A model generated the notes under the pieces. The model ran no database searches and was not told the origin of the DNA. It saw only the letters and a list, made by a program, of their open reading frames with translations. Shown here in pieces: positions 9,275 to 18,791 of a DNA stretch of 64,000 bases; within the stretch, counting starts at the first letter, position 1, and each line of letters opens with the position of its first letter. The stretch is from an uncultured Gammaproteobacteria bacterium (lineage in GTDB: Bacteria; Pseudomonadota; Gammaproteobacteria; UBA9214). A program made the translations under genes and the position numbers. The stretch is taken from positions 96,001 through 160,000 of the forward strand of contig CAVVHS010000002.1 in assembly GCA_963748215.1 (NCBI GenBank), given 5' to 3'.

Positions 9275-9894
9275 TGCCGTGCTTCCATGGCCAGCTCCTC
9301 GAGTCTGCCGTCCCTGAGCTCGACGTGGCGGTTCGCCACGCGCGCAACCTGGGTGCGGTCGTGGCTGACCCAGATCACCGCGGCGTCGTGCGTTTTCATA
9401 TAGTCGTCGATCACCGCCTCGACACGGCGCGTGTTCTCGGCATCCAGGTTCGCGGTGGGTTCATCCAGCAACAGTACGCGCGGCCGGTTCGCGAGCAGGC
9501 GCAATAGCGCCAGACGCTGCCGCTCGCCGCTGGACAGGCGCGACACCGCCTGCTCCAGTACCGCCGCGGCAAGACCCAGCTCTGACAGTAAAACTGGCAT
9601 GCCGTTGACGAAATGGTCATGTGCACGCGGCAGCCACCAGCTGCTTTCCGGCGGCAGCAGGCCGGCCTGGCGACGCCATTGCTCGGGTGGAATGTCCTCT
9701 GCTCGCACCCCATCCAGCCACAATTCGCCGCCATGCGGATCGATGTCGGCAATGGCGCGCAACAATTGCGACTTGCCGCTACCCGATTCTCCGGTGATGC
9801 ACAGGCAATCCCCGGCTGCCAGCGACAGCGACACGGGACCGAGCATCGGCCGGGACAGGTCCTTGATTTGCAGCAGGGGCAGTGTTTTACTCAT
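9271..9894 (-). CDS. fetA: ABC transporter ATP-binding subunit (YbbL/FetA-like)
   Basis: GESGSGKS, LSSGERQR, LLLDEPT, WVSHD; translationally coupled to fetB. Confidence 0.85.
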   Translation of the reverse strand: MSKTLPLLQIKDLSRPMLGPVSLSLAAGDCLCITGESGSGKSQLLRAIADIDPHGGELWLDGVRAEDIPPEQWRRQAGLLPPESSWWLPRAHDHFVNGMPVLLSELGLAAAVLEQAVSRLSSGERQRLALLRLLANRPRVLLLDEPTANLDAENTRRVEAVIDDYMKTHDAAVIWVSHDRTQVARVANRHVELRDGRLEELAMEARQ

Positions 9895-9901
9895 TGCGCA
9901 C

Positions 9902-9982
9902 GGGGGACAGACCCCGTTGTTTCGATGAAATTGCCATGCCGGGCCACCCGGAGACAATACACGAAAACGGGGTCTGTCCCCT
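9902..9982. repeat. GGGGACAGACCCC-type inverted repeat pair (repeat family 3)
   Basis: GGGGACAGACCCCGTT...AACGGGGTCTGTCCCC; related copies at 18101-18118, 18191-18210 and about 44162-44175. Confidence 0.65.
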
Positions 9983-10009
9983 TACCTTGAGAACAATCCA
10001 GAGGCCATT

Positions 10010-10246
10010 ATGTCAGAACCGACCATCGCACAAAAAGCGCCCTATGCACAGGAACTCGAACCCGGCACCTACTGGTGGTGCGCCTGCGGCAAATCGAAGC
10101 AGCAGCCGTTCTGCGACGGCTCGCACAAGGGCAGCGATTTCCAGCCCGTGAAATTCGAAATCACCGAAAAGAGAAAAGCCTGGCTGTGCGGCTGCAAGCA
10201 CAGCAGCGACATGCCGTTCTGCGACGGTACTCATAAAAGCCTGTAG
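10010..10246 (+). CDS. CDGSH iron-sulfur protein with two CDGSH motifs (MiNT/CISD3-like)
   Basis: WCACGKSKQQPFCDGSH and LCGCKHSSDMPFCDGTH. Confidence 0.93.
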   Translation: MSEPTIAQKAPYAQELEPGTYWWCACGKSKQQPFCDGSHKGSDFQPVKFEITEKRKAWLCGCKHSSDMPFCDGTHKSL

Positions 10247-10466
10247 GAGCCGATCCCATCCGCGATCTATTTCAAACACCGCATCGCGCATGAGATGCGC
10301 TCCTACACCCAATCAATGCTCCTGCAGGAGCGGGCCGCGTCCGCGATCGTTTCAAACACCGCATCGCGCATGAGATGCGCTCCTACACCCAATCAATGCT
10401 CCTGCAGGAGCGGACCGCGTCCGCGATCATTTCAAACATCGCATCGCGCATGAGATGCGCTCCTGC
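10241..10466. repeat. Three tandem REPINs (REP family 1), 80-bp period
   Basis: GYAGGAGC...CCGCGAT spacer ATCGCGCATGAGATGCGCTCCTRC; ttcaaaca recurs at 10271, 10351 and 10431. Confidence 0.92.
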
Positions 10467-10611
10467 AAAAATTCCCTGAATTTATATTTCCGTGTTCTTC
10501 CGTGGATTCCGTGGCCATTATCTATCGCACATGGGATGTGCATCTGCTGGTCGTCTGTGGCGCTTCTTTGTTTGCGCCCTGGCGCCTCTGCGCGAAATAT
10601 TTCCACGAATT

Positions 10612-10637
10612 AAAAAAGGGCGCCGCAGCGCCCTTTT
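10612..10637 (-). terminator. Intrinsic terminator after amtB
   Basis: AAAAAAGGGCGC-cgca-GCGCCCTTTT hairpin with A/T tails. Confidence 0.75.
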
Positions 10638-10659
10638 CCGTTGCGCATAACCGAACGCG

Positions 10660-11961
10660 TTACAGGTTATACCCCACCTCGTCGTGCAGCACGATGTCGA
10701 GGCCTTCGGTCTCCTGGTCGCTGGTGACTCGCAGGCCGATGACGGCATCGATCAGCTTGAGAATGATCCAGGACAAAATGGCGCAGTAGACGAAGGTCGC
10801 GACGACGCCGACGAACTGCACCCAGACCTGGCCGCCGATGGTCATGCCCTCGGCGAGACCGGCGCCGCCCAGCATGCCGACAAACACGCCGGCCAGCAGC
10901 GTGCCGAGAATACCGCCGACACCGTGCACCGGGAACACGTCGAGCGAGTCATCGACTTTCAGCACCTGCTTGAGGTAGCTGGTGCACGTGTAGCAGATCA
11001 CGCCGGCGCTGGTGCCGATGATCAGCGCACCGATCGGGCCGACGAAACCGGACGCCGGCGTGATGGTGCCCAGCCCCGCCACCATGCCGGTGACGATACC
11101 GAGCACGCTCGGCTTGCCGTGCCGCATCCATTCCATCGTCATCCACGCCAGCGAGCCGGCGGCGGCACTGATGTGCGTGACCAGCATCGCCATGCCGGCA
11201 TCGCCGTTCGCTGCCAGCGCGCTGCCGGCATTGAAACCGAACCAGCCCACCCAGAGCATGGCCGCACCGATCACGGTCATGGTCATGTTGTGCGGCGGCA
11301 TTGCCACCGTAGCGAAGCCCTTGCGCGGCCCCAGCACCAGCGCCGCCACCAGCGCGGCGACGCCGGCGTTGACATGCACCACGGTACCGCCGGCGAAATC
11401 CAGCAGACCCATGTCCTGCAACCAGCCGCCGCCCCATACCCAGTGCGTGACCGGCGCATACACCAGCACCAGCCACAGCGCCGAGAACCACAGCATGGCG
11501 GAAAACTTCATGCGCTCGGCAAAGGCGCCGACGATCAGCGCCGGCGTGATGATGGCGAAGGTCAGCTGGAACATGGAGAACACGCTCTCCGGGATGGTGC
11601 CGATCAGGCTGTCGCGCCCGACGTTGGCCAGCAGCAACTGGTCGAAGCCGCCGATCCAGCGATTCATGGCTCCACCGTCGCCGAATGCCAGTCCGTAGAC
11701 GAACACCAGCCACAGGATGGACACCAGGCAGGTAATGGCAAAGCACTGCATCAGCACCGACAGCACGTTCTTGCTGCGCACCAGGCCGCCGTAGAACAGC
11801 GCCAGGCCCGGTATGGTCATGAACAGCACCAGCGCCGTCGAGGTCAGTATCCAGGCGGTGTCCGCCCCGTTCAGTTCGTCCGCCAGGGCGGCCGCCGGAA
11901 ACAGCCCGGCGACGGCGAGTGGCAGGAGTGTCTTGTACCGCGTCAGGGCAGCAAGGCTCAT
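10660..11961 (-). CDS. amtB: Ammonium transporter
   Basis: PGLALFYGG, DFAGGTVVH, WVGWFGFNAGS, DDSLDVFPVHG (twin His). Confidence 0.97.
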   Translation of the reverse strand: MSLAALTRYKTLLPLAVAGLFPAAALADELNGADTAWILTSTALVLFMTIPGLALFYGGLVRSKNVLSVLMQCFAITCLVSILWLVFVYGLAFGDGGAMNRWIGGFDQLLLANVGRDSLIGTIPESVFSMFQLTFAIITPALIVGAFAERMKFSAMLWFSALWLVLVYAPVTHWVWGGGWLQDMGLLDFAGGTVVHVNAGVAALVAALVLGPRKGFATVAMPPHNMTMTVIGAAMLWVGWFGFNAGSALAANGDAGMAMLVTHISAAAGSLAWMTMEWMRHGKPSVLGIVTGMVAGLGTITPASGFVGPIGALIIGTSAGVICYTCTSYLKQVLKVDDSLDVFPVHGVGGILGTLLAGVFVGMLGGAGLAEGMTIGGQVWVQFVGVVATFVYCAILSWIILKLIDAVIGLRVTSDQETEGLDIVLHDEVGYNL

Positions 11962-11991
11962 GTCGAATCCCCCCGTTTTTTCTGGATTGTT

Positions 11992-12417
<426 letters not shown>

Positions 12418-12443
12418 TCATCTGCCCATCCCCAATCGATGTT

Positions 12444-12509
12444 CCTGCAGGAGCGGATCCCATCCGCGATCTTTTTAAATTCCCCATCGCGCATGAGATG
12501 CGCTCCTAC
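12444..12509. repeat. REPIN (REP family 1)
   Basis: GCAGGAGCGGATCCCATCCGCGAT...ATCGCGCATGAGATGCGCTCCTAC. Confidence 0.88.
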
Positions 12510-12536
12510 CCCCAGGGGAAAACACGGTTCACAGGC

Positions 12537-12563
12537 AAAAAAAACGGGCGCCGAAGCGCCCGT
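12537..12563 (-). terminator. Intrinsic terminator after the second amt
   Basis: ACGGGCGC-ttcg-GCGCCCGT followed by a T-run on the minus strand. Confidence 0.8.
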
Positions 12564-12580
12564 CAAGGTGGGCAGGTAAA

Positions 12581-13850
12581 CTACTTGCCGGAGCCCTTTG
12601 CACCCACGAACTCGGGGTAGGCCTCGAGACCGCATTCGCCGAGATCGACGCCTTCGTACTCTTCCTCTTCGCTGACGCGGATGCCGATCACCATCTTGAT
12701 GATGCCCCAGACGATCAGGCTGGTCACGAAGGTCCAGGCGAAGATCACGCCAAGACCGGTGAGCTGCGCCACCAGCGTCGCGTCCGGATTGGTGAAGGTG
12801 ACCGCGATCAGGCCCCACATGCCGACCACACCGTGCACCGAGATGGCACCGACCGGGTCGTCGATCTTGATGCTTGTCCAGACCGAGGATCGAGAACACC
12901 ACGAGCACACCGCCCACGGCACCGATGATGGTGGCCAGCAACGGGGTCGGGGTCAGCGGTTCGGCGGTGATCGCCACCAGGCCGGCCAGTGCGCCGTTCA
13001 GCGCCATGGTCAGGTCGGTCTTGCCGAACAGCAGGCGGGCAACCACCATCGCGGCGATCACACCACCGGCAGCCGCCATATTGGTGTTGACGAACACCAG
13101 CGCCACGGCGTTGGCCTCGTCGACGTTGGAGACCTTCAGCTCGGAACCGCCGTTGAAGCCGAACCAGCCCATCCACAGGATGAACGTGCCCAGTGTCGCC
13201 AGCGGCATGTTGGCGCCCGGGATCGGGTTGATGGTGCCGTCAGCCCGGTACTTGCCCTTGCGTGCACCGAGCAGCAGGACACCGGCCAGCGCCGCGGTTG
13301 CACCACACAGGTGCACGACACCGGAACCGGCGAAGTCCAGGAAGCCCAGGGCATCCAGGACCGCCGCCGCCCCACTTCCAGTAACCCTGCATCGGGTAGA
13401 TGAAGCCGGTCATGACCACGGCGAACAACAGGAACGCCCACAGCTTCATGCGCTCGGCAACGGCACCGGAGACGATCGACATGGCGGTTGCCACGAACAC
13501 GACCTGGAAGAAGAAGTCGGACAAGGCTGGAGTAGTAGGTCATCACCACCGCTTGCCAGCACGGCTTCGGCCGTATTGTCGGTACTACCCAGGATGCCGC
13601 CGATTCCCGGCCACCAGGGGCTGACCGCCGCATCGCCCGGATACATGATGTTGTAGCCATACAGCATGTACATGATGCAGGCGACGGCAAACAGGGAGAT
13701 GTTCTTGGTCAGGATTTCGGCGGTGTTTTTCGCACGCACCAGGCCGGCCTCGAGCATCGAAAAACCCGCAGCCATCCACATTACGAGCACGCCGGATACC
13801 AGGAAGTAAAAGGTATCGAGCGCATAACTCAGTTCGGTTATTGCTTCCAC
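12581..13850 (-). CDS. amt: Second ammonium transporter (AmtB2/AmtY-like), split by about four +1 insertions (probable sequencing errors)
   Basis: Fragments join into MEAITELSYALDTFYFL...SDFFFQVVFVATAMSIVSGAVAER...DFAGSGVVH...WFGFNGGS...DDPVGAISVHG; 1270 nt minus 4 nt gives 422 codons. Confidence 0.85.
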
Positions 13851-13873
13851 GATTCAGTCCTCCGTCGGCCGGA

Positions 13874-14219
<346 letters not shown>

Positions 14220-14240
14220 CTACTCCTTATGAAGACCTTT

Positions 14241-14268
14241 AAAAACGGCCTGCCCGAAGGCAGGCCGT
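14241..14268 (-). terminator. Terminator-like hairpin between the porin gene and glnK2
   Basis: ACGGCCTGCC-ttcg-GGCAGGCCGT followed by a short T-run on the minus strand. Confidence 0.65.
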
Positions 14269-14279
14269 AGCCACGTCGG

Positions 14280-15014
14280 TTAAAGAGACTTGGAGACGCT
14301 TAAGACGATGCGTGAATCGGCCAGGTCGCCGAACATGTTCACATCATCACCGTCGCTGTCCACATAGGTCAGGCCCAGGTCCACACCGGCCACCGACTTG
14401 GTCAGGCCGATACTCCAGTCCGTGTAGCTGTCCGGCAGACCGGACACACCGGGAGGAGCGCTGGGGCTGACATCGTAGGCATCACCGAAGTTGTGACCGA
14501 CATGCGCAGATAAGCCGATCTCGTACCAGGGCAGGGTCATCTCGTAACCGGCCGCCAGGTACCAGGCGCTCTCCGTTGAACCGATAAAGGCCAGCTCATC
14601 GGAGTAGTTCAGGGACACGGTAAAACCGGCCATGCTGCCACTGACATAGAGTTCGGTCGTATCAACATCGAAGCCGGACTGATCTCCACCGGGATACACA
14701 TAACGCAGAATGCCGAGGTCATAACCGATGCCGTTGGCCATTTCACCGGCATAGCCTGCGTAAATATCCAGCTCGATCTGCGGATCGCGTGCGCCGCCGA
14801 AGAAGGTGGAATCGACATTGGACGCCCAGGTGCCGACATAGAGGCCGCTTTCATGGGCATAATCGAACCCGCCCTGGATGGCAATCTGCTCGTCCGTCTG
14901 GGACACACCGCGGAAGGCATAATCAGACACAAGGGCGACATTGCCGCTGATTTCTGCCAGTGCTCCGGTCGAAGCGGCCAGCAGCGCGGAGGCAATCAAG
15001 GTTTTCTTCATCAT
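14280..15014 (-). CDS. TorF-family putative porin (TIGR02001-like)
   Basis: Signal peptide, SGNVALVSDYAFRGVSQT, AIQGGFDY, YVGTWASNV, ELDIYAGY; typical position upstream of glnK-amtB. Confidence 0.88.
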   Translation of the reverse strand: MMKKTLIASALLAASTGALAEISGNVALVSDYAFRGVSQTDEQIAIQGGFDYAHESGLYVGTWASNVDSTFFGGARDPQIELDIYAGYAGEMANGIGYDLGILRYVYPGGDQSGFDVDTTELYVSGSMAGFTVSLNYSDELAFIGSTESAWYLAAGYEMTLPWYEIGLSAHVGHNFGDAYDVSPSAPPGVSGLPDSYTDWSIGLTKSVAGVDLGLTYVDSDGDDVNMFGDLADSRIVLSVSKSL

Positions 15015-15103
15015 TTCATCTCTCCTAAAAGTTGTGGTTAGCACTGTGCAATGACTGAACCACTTCAACTCAACTGTGAATAAGGGAAATTCAGCTTGTG
15101 TTC

Positions 15104-15231
15104 AGCAGGAACCGTGCCAGATCGCACATTATTTTATATATCAATACTTTATCCGGTTATTGAGGAATATCAGGGGGCGATAAAAGAGCATGCGGTGCAC
15201 GCTTTTTGTGCATGCGCCCTATATTGGTGCG
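15104..15231 (-). promoter_or_regulatory. sigma54 promoter with IHF site and two NtrC-like boxes
   Basis: TGGCACGGTTCCTGCT (15119-15104); TATCAATACTTTA fits IHF WATCAANNNNTTR (15139-15151); TGCAC-N7-GTGCA (15196-15212) and CGCCCTATATTGGTGCG (15215-15231). Confidence 0.8.
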
Positions 15232-15291
15232 CCTTGATGGCCAGTCGGCAGGTTATGGACGGGACAGCGGACGTTCGACTAAGGTAGGCGC

Positions 15292-15537
15292 ATGCTCAAT
15301 ACCAAATTCATCGACGACCTGGCGCGCCAGATCAGCAACAGCATCCCCGCCGGCGTGAAGGGCCTGCAGCAGGACGTGGAGAAGAATGTGCGCACCCTCC
15401 TGCAGGGCGCGTTCGCCCGCCTCGACCTGGTTACCCGCGAGGAATTCGACGTGCAGGCGAAGGTACTCCTGCGCACGCGCGAGAAACTGGAAGCCCTGGA
15501 ACGACTGGTCGCGGAGCTGGAAAAGAACAACCGCTAG
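15292..15537 (+). CDS. ubiK: Ubiquinone biosynthesis accessory factor UbiK (YqiC)
   Basis: LDLVTREEFDVQAKVLLRTREKLEALE; conserved synteny between glnK and comM. Confidence 0.92.
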   Translation: MLNTKFIDDLARQISNSIPAGVKGLQQDVEKNVRTLLQGAFARLDLVTREEFDVQAKVLLRTREKLEALERLVAELEKNNR

Positions 15538-15822
15538 GAGCGGATCCCATCCGCGATAAACATTCCCACCGGACCCTGTAGGAGCGGATCTCATCTGCGA
15601 TGTGTTATTCGACGTGTGCATGAAAAAATATCGCGCTTGAGAAGCGCTCCTACAAAACCGGTTCACCCGGCAGGCGCGTACCCCATCCACAATAAATATT
15701 TCAACCCAACCCTGTAAGAGCGGATCCCATCCGCGACAAACATTCCTCCCAACCCTGTAGGAGCGGATCCCATCCGCGACAAACATTCCTCACAACCCGG
15801 CAGGAGCGGATCCCAGCCGCGA
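15533..15822. repeat. REP family 1 cluster downstream of RAYT
   Basis: At least six GTAGGAGCGGATC(C/T)CATCCGCGA-like units. Confidence 0.9.
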
Positions 15823-15829
15823 AACATCA

Positions 15830-16294
15830 CTACAACCATGCCGCATCCCACAGGGGATAATCACCGACACGCCTTGCCAGGCCTGCTCGCAATGGATTGG
15901 CAATGATGTACCTGGCTGCTTCAATGATGGCCGCCTCACCGTGCAGGGCATGATCATGAAAACCACGCTGCCAAACAGGATGGCCACGCCGTGCAATAAG
16001 GTCATTCACCTTCCGAGCTGAATTCAGCTTGAGGTTTCCCACGAGACTTGACAATGATGCAGCGTTTTCAAGTGAAAACAGCCAGTGCAGATGGTCGGGC
16101 ATGACAACAAATGCCATTGTCTTTGAACAACCGAATGCATCGGAACGTATCATTTCCCTGACCAGAATTCGCCCGGCCGCCAATACCCTGAAATATGGAT
16201 ATCTTTGATGTGTTACCGCGGTAATCAGATAAATCTGCCCATCAAGGGATAGACGGCCCTTTCTTAAATTGCAGCCATGTGCTTGCGTAGACAT
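15830..16294 (-). mobile_element. REP-associated tyrosine transposase (RAYT, Y1 HUH)
   Basis: LRKGR...YLITAVT, VVMPDHLHW (HUH), WQRGFHDH, RYIIANPLRAGL; REPs on both sides; lower GC than neighbours. Confidence 0.93.
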
Positions 16295-16312
16295 GAATGG
16301 ATGAATAACAGA

Positions 16313-16420
16313 TATCGCGCTTGAGAAGCGCTCCTACAAAACCGGTTCACCTGTAGGAGCGGAGCGCATCTGCGATAAATATCCCTACCCAACCTTGTAG
16401 GAGCGGATCTCATCCGCGAT
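16313..16420. repeat. REP family 1 cluster upstream of RAYT
   Basis: ATCGCGCTTGAGAAGCGCTCCTAC, GTAGGAGCGGAGCGCATCTGCGA, GTAGGAGCGGATCTCATCCGCGA. Confidence 0.88.
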
Positions 16421-16511
16421 ATGCATTCGCTGACAACGATCACCGGGATGGACTACTGCATTCAGACATCGGCATCACCCACACTGTCGGCTTGCCAGCA
16501 AGGATGCCACC

Positions 16512-18011
16512 ATGTCCCTCGCCATCGTCTACAGCCGCGCCCGGCTTGGCATGGATGCTCCGCTGGTCACCGTGGAAGTGCACTTGTCGAACGGACTGCC
16601 GTCGCTGTCCATCGTCGGACTGCCGGAAACCGCGGTCAAGGAAAGCAAGGACCGGGTGCGTGGCGCCCTGCTCAATACCTGCTTCGAATTTCCCGCGCGT
16701 CGCATCACTATCAACCTGGCACCGGCCGACCTGCCCAAGGAAGGCGGGCGTTTCGACCTGCCGATCGCACTGGGCATCCTGGCTGCGTCCGGCCAGATAC
16801 CCAGGGATGAACTGGACCAGTACGAATTCGCCGGTGAGCTGGCCCTGTCCGGCGAACTGCGCCCGGTACAGGGCGTCCTGCCGATGACGCTACAGACACA
16901 GCGCGCACAGCGCACTTTGCTGGTGCCGCAGGACAATGCAGCGGAAGCCGCGCTGGTCAGGGATGTGCGTGTGCTCGCGGCGGATCACCTGTTGCAGGTC
17001 ACGGCCCACTTCACCCGCATGCAGCGCATCGAAGCCGAGCCGGCCACCGCCGTGAATTCCGCTGCAGAAGATGTACCCGATCTCTCCGACGTGCGCGGCC
17101 AGGCGCATGCGCGACGCGCGCTGGAGATCGCAGCCAGCGGTGGGCACAGCCTGCTGATGCTCGGCCCGCCCGGCACCGGCAAATCCCTGCTGGCAAGCCG
17201 CCTGCCTGGCATCCTGCCGGAGCTGACCGAGACCGAGGCGCTGGAAACGGCCGCCCTGCGCTCCATATGTGGCCTGCCTGTCGATCCGATGCGCTGGCGG
17301 TTACGGCCGTTTCGCACCCCTCACCACACGGCATCGGCCGTGGCACTGGTCGGCGGCGGCTCCAGCCCGCGCCCGGGCGAGATTTCGCTCGCGCATCACG
17401 GCGTACTGTTTCTGGACGAACTGCCCGAATACGATCGGCGTGTGCTTGAGGTATTGCGCGAACCCCTGGAGTCCGGGCAGATCACGATCTCGCGCGCGGC
17501 GCTGCAGGCGGATTTCCCGGCCCGTTTTCAGCTGATTGCCGCCATGAACCCGTGTCACTGCGGCTACCTCGGCGACGCCTCCGGCAAATGCAGATGCACG
17601 ATGGAGCAGATACAACGCTACCGCAACCGGATTTCCGGCCCGTTGCTGGACCGCATCGACATGCACGTGGAAGTGCCTCGCCTGCCGTTTGAACACATGC
17701 ATGGCAAGAAGGGGGAAGGCAGTAATGTTGTACGTGAACGCGTCACGAGAACGCGTGATGTTCAATTGCAACGCAACGGCACGCTGAACAGCCAGCTCAC
17801 CAGCAATCAGATGGATGAAGTTTGCGCGTTATCGAAAGCCGATCGACTGCTGCTGCAACAGGCGATGGAGAAGCTCCAGCTCTCCGCTCGCGCCTACCAC
17901 CGAATTCTCAAACTGGCGCGCACGATTGCAGATATGGATGGAGGTGCGGCGATAGTGACATCGCATCTGGGCGAAGCCATCAATTACAGGAGACTGGACA
18001 GGTCTCTCTAA
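16512..18011 (+). CDS. comM: YifB/ComM Mg-chelatase-like AAA+ ATPase
   Basis: IVGLPETAVKESKDRV, NLAPADLPKEGGRFDLPIA, GPPGTGKS, GVLFLDE, ISGPLLDRID. Confidence 0.95.
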   Translation: MSLAIVYSRARLGMDAPLVTVEVHLSNGLPSLSIVGLPETAVKESKDRVRGALLNTCFEFPARRITINLAPADLPKEGGRFDLPIALGILAASGQIPRDELDQYEFAGELALSGELRPVQGVLPMTLQTQRAQRTLLVPQDNAAEAALVRDVRVLAADHLLQVTAHFTRMQRIEAEPATAVNSAAEDVPDLSDVRGQAHARRALEIAASGGHSLLMLGPPGTGKSLLASRLPGILPELTETEALETAALRSICGLPVDPMRWRLRPFRTPHHTASAVALVGGGSSPRPGEISLAHHGVLFLDELPEYDRRVLEVLREPLESGQITISRAALQADFPARFQLIAAMNPCHCGYLGDASGKCRCTMEQIQRYRNRISGPLLDRIDMHVEVPRLPFEHMHGKKGEGSNVVRERVTRTRDVQLQRNGTLNSQLTSNQMDEVCALSKADRLLLQQAMEKLQLSARAYHRILKLARTIADMDGGAAIVTSHLGEAINYRRLDRSL

Positions 18012-18240
18012 AGGGAACTGACGCTCAGGAAATTAACAGTTTCGGAGTGAATTTTATTTTGTCTGTCGTGGTTATCAAAGGTTGGGGCATTGACGAATCA
18101 AATGACTCTGACCTCTTTGATTCAGTCCTGCGCTCTAACACTGGAAGCCGATCTCCGGCAGCTAAAGAAGGAGCATGAGTTGTAATCATAAAACGTGTCT
18201 GTCCCCGTTTACTCTCATTATTTTCTCTGACGTCTTATTA

Positions 18241-18765
18241 CTACTTCCAAGCCTCCAGACTTTGCTAGCAATGACGCTGTATAATTCAACTTTACTAGTA
18301 TCAGGCTCGAGCACGGTAAGCATCAGCAGTATATTCGCTCTGCATAAGAGATGGAAGTATGCTCTGATTGCTCTCGCGTGTAAATAAATGTCGGGATTCG
18401 TTATCACTGGTACGGATCAGCACCTGAAGCGAGTTTTGATTTCTCGCAAATACAACCTCACCCCTAACGTCTGCAATTCGAGCAAAATTGTAGGATTGAC
18501 TGATCGCTTCTCGATGATGGCTCGATCTTTTTCTACAACACTGATTTCAATCCCTGTCACGAAGCTCGCCTCCGGAAGATTCGCAATCCGGTACGACTTT
18601 GTTCCTGACTGACTCAGATCAATCACCCCAAGATTGAGCACGTAACGATCGGTTGCCGCACTTATCCCTTTATCAATCAGCTCTCCATCTCTCCGAATAT
18701 TCAGACACTTTATAACATCCAGCAAGCAATAAAGAGGACATTACTATAAATAATAATGATCTCAT
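18241..18765 (-). CDS. Putative Rhs immunity lipoprotein, broken by several indels
   Basis: Manual reading gives MRSLLFIVMSSLLLAG-C (lipobox) YKVSEYS/GDGELIDKGISAATDRY...; probable end KSGGWK* at 18241; AT-rich and directly after the Rhs tip. Confidence 0.65.
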
Positions 18766-18791
18766 GATCAGGCTCATTTCGTAGCATTTCT

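Noticed and set aside
10241-10466. CRISPR array
   Set aside because: Spacers are near-identical, units are inverted REP doublets, and there are no cas genes.
15830-16294. IS200/IS605 insertion sequence
   Set aside because: No tnpB; flanked by multiple REPs; sequence motifs fit RAYT.
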